This document shows positions 54,839-63,579 of a stretch of 64,000 nt of DNA, one piece after another. The notes under the pieces were generated by a model. That model saw only the letters and a list, made by a program, of their open reading frames with translations. It was not told the origin of the DNA and made no database searches. Position 1 is the stretch's first letter. Every line of letters starts with the position of its first letter. The stretch spans positions 85,224 to 149,223 of the forward strand of contig JACQBA010000012.1 in the NCBI GenBank assembly GCA_016194745.1. Reading direction: 5' to 3'. The position numbers and the translations under genes are program-made. This stretch comes from Elusimicrobiota bacterium (lineage in GTDB: Bacteria; Elusimicrobiota; Elusimicrobia; UBA1565; JACRDR01).

Positions 54839-55423
54839 TCAGCCGCCCATCTGCCAGCGCTTGATCCAGTCGAGCGGGTAGGCCAGCATGATCACGTTGA
54901 GCAACAGGTTGTCGCCGATCGCCCAGAGTAGGAGAAGCTCGGTCGCGAGAAACAGCTCGACCGTCCGCCGCACGGGCAGGCGCGACGCGAGGTAGAAGCC
55001 GAGCGCGCAGCACAGGACGTCCCCGGTCGAGTTGACGATGCTGTCGCCGTAGTACTGGAGCGAGAACGTGGCCGCGCGGTAGCGCTCGATCACCGCGTCG
55101 GTGTTCTCGACGATCTCCCAGACCGCCTCGAGCGCGACCGCGAGCGCCGCGCGCCAGCCGAGGGGCAGCCGAGGCGCCGCGAGATGCAGCCCGAGGAAGA
55201 ACGCGAAGCCGTGCAGCACGTGCGTGAAGGAGTAGGGATCGGCGAAGTACTGCGAGTTGTGCTCGCTCGGGACCTTCCCGACCCAGAGCCCGGCCCGCCC
55301 CTGGGCGCCCCAGAGCCTGCGCCCCATCGCCGCCTCGACCGCCGCCGTCGCGACTAGGATCGCGGCGACGCAAGCCGCGTGCTTTCGTCCAAAGGAATCG
55401 ACAGGGACTTCGGCCTCGCGCAT
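54839..55423 (-). CDS. Hypothetical membrane protein
   Basis: 194 aa, 5-6 TM helices (MREAEVPVDSFGRKHAACVAAILVATAAV ...). First gene inside the inverted-repeat-bracketed segment. Confidence 0.5.
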   Translation of the reverse strand: MREAEVPVDSFGRKHAACVAAILVATAAVEAAMGRRLWGAQGRAGLWVGKVPSEHNSQYFADPYSFTHVLHGFAFFLGLHLAAPRLPLGWRAALAVALEAVWEIVENTDAVIERYRAATFSLQYYGDSIVNSTGDVLCCALGFYLASRLPVRRTVELFLATELLLLWAIGDNLLLNVIMLAYPLDWIKRWQMGG

Positions 55424-55518
55424 GGCCGTCCATTTTAACAGCCCGCGGCCTTCGCCGCCAGCGGGGCTTTCCCTACTGCGTAGTTTGGTCGAAGCGTCTG
55501 ACGATGAGCCGGGAGCTC

Positions 55519-55558
55519 GGCGCGCTAGGCGCGCTAAGCAAAACCTGGCACCACAGGG
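55519..55558. repeat. Right 40-bp inverted repeat
   Basis: ggcgcgctaggcgcgctaagcaaaacctggcaccacagggg is the reverse complement of the left repeat, with t/g and ctc/aca mismatches. Confidence 0.75.
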
Positions 55559-55559
55559 G

Positions 55560-55850
55560 CTAGGCGGAGAGGGCGGATTCGAGGGATTCTTCGAAGGCGG
55601 CTAGGAAGGCGCCCATCGTGGGGAAGTCGGCGAGGTCGCCGCTCCAGCGGCCGGACTTGGCGCGAAACGTCGCGGAGCGTTCGTCGAGCTGGACGCGGAC
55701 GCGGTGGCCGGTGATGAGGCACGAGGGCGGCTTTCCCGGCTCGTTCGCCTCGATCTTCACGTCGTCGTCGCCGAAATGATGGCGCCGCAGGACCACGAGC
55801 GCGCTCTCGCGCAGGCGGAGCATCGTGGACGGGTCGGCCGCGTGGCGGTT
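55560..55850 (-). CDS. Small hypothetical protein
   Basis: ORF with balanced composition (MNRHAADPSTMLRLRESALVVLRRHHFGDDDVKIEANEPGKPPSCLITGHRVRVQLDE). No motif recognised. Could be non-coding. Confidence 0.3.
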   Translation of the reverse strand, partial: NRHAADPSTMLRLRESALVVLRRHHFGDDDVKIEANEPGKPPSCLITGHRVRVQLDERSATFRAKSGRWSGDLADFPTMGAFLAAFEESLESALSA

Positions 55851-55894
55851 CATACGGAGGATTATAGCCAAATCCAAAGAGCTACAATCCCCGC

Positions 55895-56497
55895 ATGTCC
55901 ACCCTAAGCGCCCGCGCGGAGTCGGGGACGCAGCGCCTGGAGGCCTTCAGCGACGGGGTGCTCGCGATCATCATCACGATCATGGTGCTCGAGCTCAATG
56001 CGCCCAAGGGGCCCGCGCTCGCGGACCTGCGCCCGCTCCTCCCGGCGTTCCTGAGCTACCTCCTCAGTTTCGTCTACCTCGGCATCTACTGGAACAACCA
56101 CCACTCCCTCATCGCCGCCGCGCGACGCGTCGACGGGCGCGTCTTGTGGGCGAACCTGCATCTCCTCTTCTGGCTCTCGCTCGTCCCGTTTGCCACCGCG
56201 TGGATGGGCGAGCACCACGAGGCCGGGTGGCCCGCCGCGCTCTATGGAGCGGTCATGGTGATGGCTGCGCTCGCGTACACGATTCTGCAAAGCGCGATCG
56301 TGGCCGACCACGGGCCGGACTCGGAGCTCGCCCGGGCGGTCGGGCGCGATTGGAAGGGCAAGCTCTCCCTCGCGTGCTATGCGACGAGCGTCCCCGCGGC
56401 CTTCGCGGCGCCGCTCCTCTCCTACGCGATCTACGTCCTCGTGGCGCTGTTGTGGCTCGTGCCGGACCCGCGCCTAAGGGCGGGCCGCGCGAAATAG
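55895..56497 (+). CDS. TMEM175/DUF1211-family potassium channel homologue
   Basis: RLEAFSDGVLAIIITIMVLEL is the hallmark RxxxFSDGV TM1 motif of TMEM175/CbK channels. Six TM helices, 200 aa. Confidence 0.75.
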   Translation: MSTLSARAESGTQRLEAFSDGVLAIIITIMVLELNAPKGPALADLRPLLPAFLSYLLSFVYLGIYWNNHHSLIAAARRVDGRVLWANLHLLFWLSLVPFATAWMGEHHEAGWPAALYGAVMVMAALAYTILQSAIVADHGPDSELARAVGRDWKGKLSLACYATSVPAAFAAPLLSYAIYVLVALLWLVPDPRLRAGRAK

Positions 56498-57325
56498 CTG
56501 GGCATCCCGGACCAGCATGAGCCAGCGGCCTCCACCCAGGACGGCGCGGGAGCGCCCGCGTTTCGCCCACCTCGATAGATCGCCGAGCAGCCGGCGCCGG
56601 TCGGTGCGGATCGCGTAGAATCGCTCGAGCAGCTCGCTCACAAGCGCGACGTAGCGGACGAGCTTCCTCTTGGCCGAGCGGGAGGCGACCGGCACGCGTA
56701 CCGGCTCCTCAAAGGCCACGCGAAGTCCGTTGCGTCCCGCCAGTCGCTTGACCTTCCCGACGCAGTCGTCGTGGCGGCCCCGGCCGACCTTGCGGAGCGC
56801 CGCGTACATGGAGCCGACCGAGCGCACCGGCGGCGTGAGGCGCATCTCTTCGTCGCCGCCCGAATCCATGAGGATCACGGCGCCGCCCGGGGCGAGGAGC
56901 CCCCGAACTCTCTGGAGGGCGGCGTCCACCGAGGGCAGGTGCTGGAGGACCGCCCACAGGTACACCGCGTCGAAGCTCCCGCGAAACTTGAGGAGGTCGG
57001 CACGGACGAACCGCAGGTTTCGGCGGCCGGAGAGCTTCGCGCGCGCCCGGGCGATGAAGGCACGCTCCCGGTCGACGCCGACGTAGCGCTTTCCTTTAAG
57101 AAACCGGGCGAAGCGGGCGGGGAACGCCCCGGGGCCGCAGCCGGCGTCGAGCACCGTCTTCGCGGCGCGCCACGGAGCGAGTCGCCGCAGCACCGCGCGC
57201 GTCTGGACCGCGTGGAGTTCGGTCTGGAACTCAAGGGCCGCGGCGTAGACGTCAAGGCCGTCGGCCGTGGCGAGCCACTCGAGCAGCGCCTCGTCGCGGG
57301 CGGGGGGAGCGTCGGACTTAGGCAT
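56474..57325 (-). CDS. Class I SAM-dependent methyltransferase
   Basis: From ATG 57325. VLDAGCGPGAF (motif I) and LAPGGAVILMD. The track ORF 56474..57760 has a spurious upstream extension. Confidence 0.7.
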   Translation of the reverse strand: MPKSDAPPARDEALLEWLATADGLDVYAAALEFQTELHAVQTRAVLRRLAPWRAAKTVLDAGCGPGAFPARFARFLKGKRYVGVDRERAFIARARAKLSGRRNLRFVRADLLKFRGSFDAVYLWAVLQHLPSVDAALQRVRGLLAPGGAVILMDSGGDEEMRLTPPVRSVGSMYAALRKVGRGRHDDCVGKVKRLAGRNGLRVAFEEPVRVPVASRSAKRKLVRYVALVSELLERFYAIRTDRRRLLGDLSRWAKRGRSRAVLGGGRWLMLVRDAQLFRAARP

Positions 57326-57899
57326 CGCGAGGCGTGCGGCCGCTAGCGTCGGACGACGGCGTCGTCGCGGTCCGCGTTCGCGTCCGGCGCCGGTCGACGA
57401 ACTTCTGGGCAAGCGACCTAATGTACGCGTGGTGGATCTTCCAGGCGCTCCAAACGTCGTCCGCCCATGCGGCGACGCGACGACAGTGAGTCTCGGCATT
57501 CTTAGCCGCGTGAATATCCAGGACCGTGACCCTGCCCAGGTGCTTCGGGGGCTCAAGCCAATCGAATGGCTTGTCATGTCTCTTGTGTTCCGCGATGAGC
57601 GTCGAAAGGACCGCTCGGGCATCTTCATGCGAGAACCCCGCTTCAAGGACCAGATAGAGCGCCAGCAGGTGGACGTCGACCGATTGAGCCGCCCGACGCC
57701 CTGACTTGCCCGGGTGCTGCGCGGAGTAAGCGTCGACCGTGAGCCGATGGACTTTTCCATAGCGGGGGTCGGAATATTCCCTAGCCAATACCTCCCCGTA
57801 GAGCGCCCAACAGCCGGAGGAAGCGCCGAGGTATGGATGGACTGGACCCTCGGCCGCGGAGACTTGCGCGTTGCAGTCGGGGCAAGGAGCGAGATTCAT
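57318..57899 (-). CDS. Hypothetical protein with an N-terminal Cys4 zinc-ribbon (DUF5946-like)
   Basis: CPDCNAQV ... plus a later C pair. The conserved YGEVLAREYSDP ... HRLTVDAYSAQHPG block matches this family. Overlaps the methyltransferase start by 8 bp. Confidence 0.5.
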   Translation of the reverse strand: MNLAPCPDCNAQVSAAEGPVHPYLGASSGCWALYGEVLAREYSDPRYGKVHRLTVDAYSAQHPGKSGRRAAQSVDVHLLALYLVLEAGFSHEDARAVLSTLIAEHKRHDKPFDWLEPPKHLGRVTVLDIHAAKNAETHCRRVAAWADDVWSAWKIHHAYIRSLAQKFVDRRRTRTRTATTPSSDASGRTPRDA

Positions 57900-57974
57900 G
57901 ACGCGACCATCCTACAAAAAAGTATAAGTGAACCGGTCTAGTCGGACATCGGCCTGGGAAAGAGGCGGGAAGAC

Positions 57975-58388
57975 ATGAAAACAAGGAAGCCCGACGCGCC
58001 GCCGCGAGGCAAGTCGCCGTCTCGCCTGATCGACGCGAGGATCAAGGAATTGGGCGACTGGCGGGGCAAGACGCTCCGGCGGCTGCGCGCCGTGATCAAG
58101 CAAGCCGATCCGGGCGTGGTCGAGGAATGGAAGTGGAGCGTCCCCGTGTGGTCGCACGACGGGATCCTCTGCACGGGCGAGACGTACAAGAGCGTGGTCA
58201 AGATGACCTTCGCCAACGGGGCGGCGCTCAAGGACCCCGCGGGCCTCTTCAACGCGAGTCTGGACGGGGGTACGCGGCGCGCCATCGACTTGCGCGAAGG
58301 AGAAGCGATCGACGAAGCGGCGCTCGAGACGCTCATCCGCGCGGCCGTGAGCTTGAACCAAGCGAAGGGAGCCGCCGCGCCGCGTTAG
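57975..58388 (+). CDS. DUF1801 (YdhG-like) domain protein
   Basis: Architecture and WKWSVPVW motif typical of DUF1801. 137 aa. Confidence 0.55.
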   Translation: MKTRKPDAPPRGKSPSRLIDARIKELGDWRGKTLRRLRAVIKQADPGVVEEWKWSVPVWSHDGILCTGETYKSVVKMTFANGAALKDPAGLFNASLDGGTRRAIDLREGEAIDEAALETLIRAAVSLNQAKGAAAPR

Positions 58389-58403
58389 CGGCTTGGTGAC
58401 CGC

Positions 58404-58751
58404 ATGGCGCCCGACACCGACTCGCCGCCCCCGGCTGCGCCGCCGAGGATATTTCCTCTCGTCTTGGGCGCGGTCCTCGTCGCCGCGTCCCTCGCGCTGC
58501 CGACGTGGAGGTTCGGCCGCCGCTTCCTGCTGCAGTTCTTTGTCAGCCCCTTCCAGTTCTTCATCGTAGTCCCTTGGTTCTTCGCGGTCTACGGCCTCAG
58601 GACGGGAACCATGCCCATGAAAAGCGGCCCCGCCCTGCGCCGCGAGAGCGACCCCGCGAGCTACTGGATGAGCGTCATGTTCTACGCCGCCGCGGGCGCC
58701 GCCATGTTCGCCTTCAATCTCTGGGTCTCCTGGACGGTGGTCTCCAGATAG
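58404..58751 (+). CDS. Small hypothetical membrane protein
   Basis: 115 aa, three hydrophobic helices. 16 bp downstream of the DUF1801 gene. Confidence 0.4.
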   Translation: MAPDTDSPPPAAPPRIFPLVLGAVLVAASLALPTWRFGRRFLLQFFVSPFQFFIVVPWFFAVYGLRTGTMPMKSGPALRRESDPASYWMSVMFYAAAGAAMFAFNLWVSWTVVSR

Positions 58752-58810
58752 CCCCGCGCATCGACGGGGTCGCAACCCCGATGTCCGGCCCCGAATCCGG
58801 GGAGCTCGCC

Positions 58811-59311
58811 CTAGCGCTTGTGCGGGTTGCTCGTGTGCATCGAGCGCAGGCTCTGGCGCGTGGCGCTCATGGAGGCCATGTGCGCGCGCGTCGAGTCCAG
58901 TTCCTTCTTGACGTGGGGCTTGTCCTCGGCCGAGGCGTGGTTGTACTCGTTCTGCAGTTCCTTCACCTCGTCCTCGCCTAGGTCGATCGCCTTCGTCAGG
59001 GCTTGGATGTATTCCATGGCGTGGTTGCCGCCGCAGGCGTGGTCCTTGGCCGTGCGCAGATCGTGGAGCTTCTTCTCGTCTTTGAGCCCGCCCGCGCCCG
59101 TGTAGGAGCCGAGGTTGCTGTGCGCCCGGCCGCAGTCGCGTTTGGAGCCCTCGTAGGCGTCCTTGCGTTTCTCCACCTCTCTCAAGGCCGACTCGTAGGT
59201 GGGCTTGGGCTTGCGCGCTCCTTTGTGCGGCGGCGGCTTGCGCGGTCCGGCGGCGAGCGCGGCGGCGGCGACGGCGACCAGGAAGACGGCCAGCAGGGAT
59301 AATCGTTTCAT
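58811..59311 (-). CDS. Hypothetical secreted protein
   Basis: ATG at 59311 (MKRLSLLAVFLVAVAAAALAAG signal). Overlaps the LysR stop by 4 bp (ATGA). Lys/His-rich. The 58811..59848 track ORF is an over-extension. Confidence 0.5.
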   Translation of the reverse strand: MKRLSLLAVFLVAVAAAALAAGPRKPPPHKGARKPKPTYESALREVEKRKDAYEGSKRDCGRAHSNLGSYTGAGGLKDEKKLHDLRTAKDHACGGNHAMEYIQALTKAIDLGEDEVKELQNEYNHASAEDKPHVKKELDSTRAHMASMSATRQSLRSMHTSNPHKR

Positions 59312-60216
59312 GCCGGGATGATAGAAAAAAGAGGCTGATTTTTGAAGTCGCCCCAGAGCGTCTGCAGCCAACCGACTCGGATCGGATCCTTGACGATGAG
59401 ACGTACCGTCTGCTGGCAATAGTAGGGGCAGCCGGAGATCTTGAGGGGGACGAGCCCCGCGCTCGCGACGAAGTAGTCGGGCAGATATCCCAGCGCGAGG
59501 CCCTCGCGGATGAGGTTCTCCATGAGCTTGAGGCCGTACGCCTTGTACTTGATGCGCCGGGGGAACTTGTCGTCGCGCCAGCCGTCCGCCGAGGACGACT
59601 TCGAGATCCTGCCCAGGATGGCCGAGTCGGGCGACACGAACGGGTGCTCCAGCACCTTCGCGATCGGGATGGTGCCGCGGGCGCCATAGCGCTTGACCAG
59701 CGGATGCCCGGGCGCGGCGCAGGTCTGGAAGTTCACGATCGACAGCCTCTTGCTGAGCGTCCCGGGCGGCGGGTCGGCCGTGATCATGGCGAGCTGCGCC
59801 TCGCCCTCGAGGACCTGCTCCACCGCCTCGCTCTCCGGGCGTATCCAATACTGCGTGCGGGCCTCCGGGAACAGCGCGTCGACCTTCTTGGCCAGCAGGA
59901 CGCCGAAGGCGGTCTGGAGGATCTCCTCCGAGCTGACGAAGAGGTTCAGCGCGCCGGCGCCTTTTCCCGCGAGCTCGAAGCGCACGGCCTCCTCGAGCTG
60001 CAGGAGCTCGGCCGCCCGCTTCTTGAGGAGCAGCCCTTCCGGAGTGAGCTTGATGCCCCGGCCCGCCTTGAAGAACAACGGGGTGCCGAGTTCCCGCTCG
60101 AGGCGGGAGACCGCCTTGCTCAAGGAGCCCGGCGAGACGTGGACCGACTCGGCGGCCCGGCCGAGGTTCTCGCGCTGGGCCACGGCCAGGAAGTAGCGCA
60201 GTTCAAATGTTTCCAT
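59308..60216 (-). CDS. LysR-family transcriptional regulator
   Basis: METFELRYFLAVAQRENLGRAAESVHVSPGSLSKAVSRLERELGTPLF is a canonical LysR HTH. 303 aa from ATG 60216. Confidence 0.85.
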   Translation of the reverse strand: METFELRYFLAVAQRENLGRAAESVHVSPGSLSKAVSRLERELGTPLFFKAGRGIKLTPEGLLLKKRAAELLQLEEAVRFELAGKGAGALNLFVSSEEILQTAFGVLLAKKVDALFPEARTQYWIRPESEAVEQVLEGEAQLAMITADPPPGTLSKRLSIVNFQTCAAPGHPLVKRYGARGTIPIAKVLEHPFVSPDSAILGRISKSSSADGWRDDKFPRRIKYKAYGLKLMENLIREGLALGYLPDYFVASAGLVPLKISGCPYYCQQTVRLIVKDPIRVGWLQTLWGDFKNQPLFSIIPA

Positions 60217-60280
60217 AATAGAAACGTATAGTGAATTATAGTTTCTTTTAATGGAATGCTGCCATCGGCGATAATGGCTC

Positions 60281-61324
60281 ATGAGCTCGATGATGAGACG
60301 ACCGACGCCGCACCGCTTTTCACCGTACCGCTTTGCCGGGGGCAAGACGGCCAAGAACCGGGTCGTGGTCCCGCCGATGTGCTCGCAGACGGCCGACGCG
60401 CGAGGAAACGCCGCGGCCGCCACGATCGCTCACTACGCGCGGCTGGCCGAGTCAGGAGCGGGGACCATCTTCGTGGAGTACTCCTTCGTCCATCCCTCGG
60501 GAAAGGGCGAGGACCATCAGCTGGCCGCGGACTCGGACGCGAACGTGGAGGGGCTCGCGAACGTCGCGGGCGTCATCCAGCGGGCGGGCGCCCTGGCGGG
60601 CCAGCAGCTCGTGCACGTCGGCGGAAAGACCACACGGGCGATGATCGGCGGCGATCCGATGTCGCCGAGCGGCGTGCGCGTCCCCGTCAAAGGCTGGGAG
60701 CCCGATGCTCCCGTCGCGATGAGCCTCGCGGACGTCCGGGCGTGGGTCCGGTGGTTCACCGAGGCGGCGCTGCGGGCCCGGGCGGCGGGTTTCGATTTGG
60801 TCGAGCTGCACGCGGCCCACGGCTACGGGCTGAACCAGTGGCTCTCGCCGCTCACCAACAACCGGACCGACGCGTACGGCGGCGATATGGCCGCGCGCGG
60901 GCGGCTGCTGTTCGAGATCGTCGAGTCGATCCGGGCGGCGGCCCCGGAGCTCTTGCTGGCGGTCCGCCTTCCCGGCCAGGATCACATGGAGGGGGGGTTG
61001 ACCGCCGCGGACATGCGCTGGGTCGTCCATCGCCTCGAAGGCCTCGGCATGGACTTGATCGACGTCTCCTCGGGCATCGGCGGCTGGCGGCGTCCGGAAG
61101 GCCGGACCGGCGAGGGGTATCTCGTGGACGACGCCGCGGCGCTCAAGTCGTCCACGACTTTGCCGGTCATCGGCGTGGGCGGCATCGAGACCGGGGCCTA
61201 TATCGACCGCATCCTCGCCGAAGGCCGCGTCGACTTCGCCGCGGTCGGACGCGCCGTGCTCAAAGACCCAAGCGCCTGGGGCCAACGCCAACTTAACGTC
61301 AGGGTCAGACATGAAGTTATGTAA
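60281..61324 (+). CDS. Old Yellow Enzyme-family NADH:flavin oxidoreductase (ene-reductase)
   Basis: GGKTAKNRVVVPPMC (OYE N-terminal motif), HAAHGYGLNQWLSP ... NNRTDAYGG (active-site H-x-x-H/N and Y). Divergent from the LysR gene. Confidence 0.8.
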   Translation: MSSMMRRPTPHRFSPYRFAGGKTAKNRVVVPPMCSQTADARGNAAAATIAHYARLAESGAGTIFVEYSFVHPSGKGEDHQLAADSDANVEGLANVAGVIQRAGALAGQQLVHVGGKTTRAMIGGDPMSPSGVRVPVKGWEPDAPVAMSLADVRAWVRWFTEAALRARAAGFDLVELHAAHGYGLNQWLSPLTNNRTDAYGGDMAARGRLLFEIVESIRAAAPELLLAVRLPGQDHMEGGLTAADMRWVVHRLEGLGMDLIDVSSGIGGWRRPEGRTGEGYLVDDAAALKSSTTLPVIGVGGIETGAYIDRILAEGRVDFAAVGRAVLKDPSAWGQRQLNVRVRHEVM

Positions 61325-61352
61325 GTAATTCGGGCGTAACTTCCAGAACTTA

Positions 61353-63569
61353 ATGTCTGACCCCGAAGCGGCCCGAAGCGCCGGAGGATTGACAAAATCG
61401 GTTCGGCGCTCTACAACGGTATCGATGAAGTGTCCGTCCTGCGGAGCCGATAACTCCGAAGAGGCCGCCGCCTGCGGCCTGTGCAATCTCGTCTTCAGGC
61501 AGCGCACGCCGCCTCCCGCCGCGAGCGCCGCCCCGGCCTTGCCGCCGAGCCCGCTAGGTCCCGCCCGAGCGGCGCTCGCGGCGGGCGACATGCCCGCGGC
61601 GCAGCGCGCGATGGCCGGCCTGCTCGCGCGCCTCTCCCCCAACTCTCGAGCGGGGCTAATAAAGGAAAGCGTTGCGCGCTGGCTAGAGGCGGCCGGCCTC
61701 GATCCGGCGACGGCGACGATTTGCCGCTCCACGGCCAACATCGCCGCGATGGCGCTGGAGAAGGCCGAGGACGCCAACGCCTTCCGGCTTCTGCAGGCGC
61801 TGACGGGCCACGTCGAAAAGCACCCCGCGGGCGATGCCGGCGTCGACGTGATGCTGCTCCTCTTGGGCCTCAAGGGCGCCGGCGCCCCCGCGCCCCGCAA
61901 GGCCGACGCGAGTCCCGTCCCCGAGATCGCGGGACTCGGGGAGTTCAAGGAGGGGCAGACGATCGGCGGCCGCTACCGCATCGAAGGCGTCCTCGGGCGC
62001 GGTGGTTTCGGCATCGTCTACAAGGCGTTCGACGGCGCGGCGTCCTGCGCGGTCAAGACGTTCCTCGACAAGTTCCTCGGCGACGCGCAGACGCGCGCGC
62101 AGTTCACGAAGGAAGCGCAGACGTGGATCGCCCTCGAGCGGCACCCGAACTTGGTCAAGGCGCAGTTCCTCTTCGAGGAGCACAACCGCATGTTCCTCGA
62201 CATGGAGCTCGTCGCGCCCGGCGCCGACGGCGTCAACTCGCTCGACGGACGCATCAAGAAGGGCGGCTACGACCGCGCGCAGGCCCTGCGCTGGGCCGTC
62301 CAGTTCTGCCGCGGCATCGAGCACGCGTACGCCAAGGGCGTGCGCTGCCATCTCGATATCAAGCCGCCGAACCTCATGCTCGCGGCGGACGGCACCTTGA
62401 AGATCACCGACTTCGGCCTGGCGATCCTGGGCAAGACCTCCGAGCACGGCGCGGCCGGCACCCCGACGCACATGCCGCCCGAGCAGTGGCGAGACGCCGC
62501 GCTTTGCGACCATCGCGCCGATCAGTACGCCTTCGGCGTGACGCTCTACCAGCTCTTCGGCGGAGGACGCCTGCCGTTTTTGCCCAAGGCGGGGGGCGGC
62601 GCGGCGATCGCGGAGCTGCGCGCCCTGCACGAGCGCGCCGCGCCGCCGCCGCTCGAGGACCCGCTATTTCCCGTCATCGCGCGCTGCCTCGAGAAGGCGC
62701 CCGAGAGCCGCTTCAAGGATTTCCCGGAGCTGCGCGCGCGGCTCGAGGAGGCTCTTGAGGCGCTGACGGGCGAGACGGTGCCCGAGCTCCGCGCGGAGGC
62801 GCCGAGCGCGGCCGACTTGGGAAACCGGGCGACGAGCCTTTGCTCCCTCAAGCGCTATGACGAGGCGCTCGCCCTCTACGACCGGGCGCTCGCGATCAAG
62901 GACAGCGCCCTGCTGCGCACCAACAAGGGCGTCTGCCTGGAGGAACTCGGGCGCGTTGAGGAAGCGCTCGCCTGCTACGACCGCGCGATCTCGATCCAGC
63001 CGGACGGCGGCCTCCCTTACCTTAATAAGGGCGGCCTCTTGGGAAAGCTTGGGCGCCAGGACGAAGAGCTCGCCTGCTACTCCAAGGGAATCGCCGCGGA
63101 CCCGGGCAGCGCGGCGCTGCAGTACAACAAGGCCAACGTCCTCTACGAGCTGGGCCGCCTCGACGAGGCCTTCGAGTGCGCGGACGCGGCGCTCAAGCGC
63201 GAGTCGCGGCACGCCATGGCGTGGAAACTGATGGGGGACCTTCTCGGCAAGCGCGACGCCTTCGCCGAGGCCGTCCAAGCCTACGAGCGTGCGCTAGCCA
63301 TCGATCCGACGCGGGCCGTCGCCTGGATGGCGTACGGCCAGGCGCTCGCGCAGTCGGGCAAAGTCGAGAAAAGTCTGGGCGCGTTCGACAAGTCGCTCGA
63401 GCTAAGTCCCTTCGCCGGCACCTGGAGCGACAAGGGCGTGGCGCTCGAGATGCTCGGGCGCTTCGCCGAGTCGGCGGCCTGCCACCGCAAGGCGCTCGAG
63501 CTCGACCCGACGCTCGAGCGGGCGCGCCGGAACCTCGAGCTCGTCCTCCGCAAGGCCGCGAAGGCCTAG
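61353..63569 (+). CDS. Serine/threonine protein kinase with an N-terminal zinc-ribbon and C-terminal TPR repeats
   Basis: CPSCG ... CGLC ribbon. Kinase subdomains GRGGFGIVYKA, AVK, HLDIKPPNLML, DFGLA and PPEQW. At least six TPR-like repeats (YDRALAI, YDRAISI, YSKGIAA ...). The start could instead be M at 61425. Confidence 0.8.
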   Translation: MSDPEAARSAGGLTKSVRRSTTVSMKCPSCGADNSEEAAACGLCNLVFRQRTPPPAASAAPALPPSPLGPARAALAAGDMPAAQRAMAGLLARLSPNSRAGLIKESVARWLEAAGLDPATATICRSTANIAAMALEKAEDANAFRLLQALTGHVEKHPAGDAGVDVMLLLLGLKGAGAPAPRKADASPVPEIAGLGEFKEGQTIGGRYRIEGVLGRGGFGIVYKAFDGAASCAVKTFLDKFLGDAQTRAQFTKEAQTWIALERHPNLVKAQFLFEEHNRMFLDMELVAPGADGVNSLDGRIKKGGYDRAQALRWAVQFCRGIEHAYAKGVRCHLDIKPPNLMLAADGTLKITDFGLAILGKTSEHGAAGTPTHMPPEQWRDAALCDHRADQYAFGVTLYQLFGGGRLPFLPKAGGGAAIAELRALHERAAPPPLEDPLFPVIARCLEKAPESRFKDFPELRARLEEALEALTGETVPELRAEAPSAADLGNRATSLCSLKRYDEALALYDRALAIKDSALLRTNKGVCLEELGRVEEALACYDRAISIQPDGGLPYLNKGGLLGKLGRQDEELACYSKGIAADPGSAALQYNKANVLYELGRLDEAFECADAALKRESRHAMAWKLMGDLLGKRDAFAEAVQAYERALAIDPTRAVAWMAYGQALAQSGKVEKSLGAFDKSLELSPFAGTWSDKGVALEMLGRFAESAACHRKALELDPTLERARRNLELVLRKAAKA

Positions 63570-63579
63570 CGCGGGACGT

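Noticed and set aside
54204-55552. TGGCAC / GGTGCCA motifs in the inverted repeats, considered as sigma-54 (-24/-12) promoters
   Set aside because: No TTGC element at the required 4-5 nt spacing downstream of GGCAC on either strand. The motif is better explained as the shared terminus of the repeat elements.
60190-60215. gttcaaat T-loop-like string, considered as a tRNA fragment
   Set aside because: It lies inside the 5' end of the LysR coding region with no acceptor or anticodon stem context. No convincing tRNA cloverleaf was found anywhere in the window.
59308-61324. LysR regulator divergent from an Old Yellow Enzyme reductase, considered as a notable system
   Set aside because: This is a very common, ordinary regulator-target arrangement. 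It is annotated as features only.
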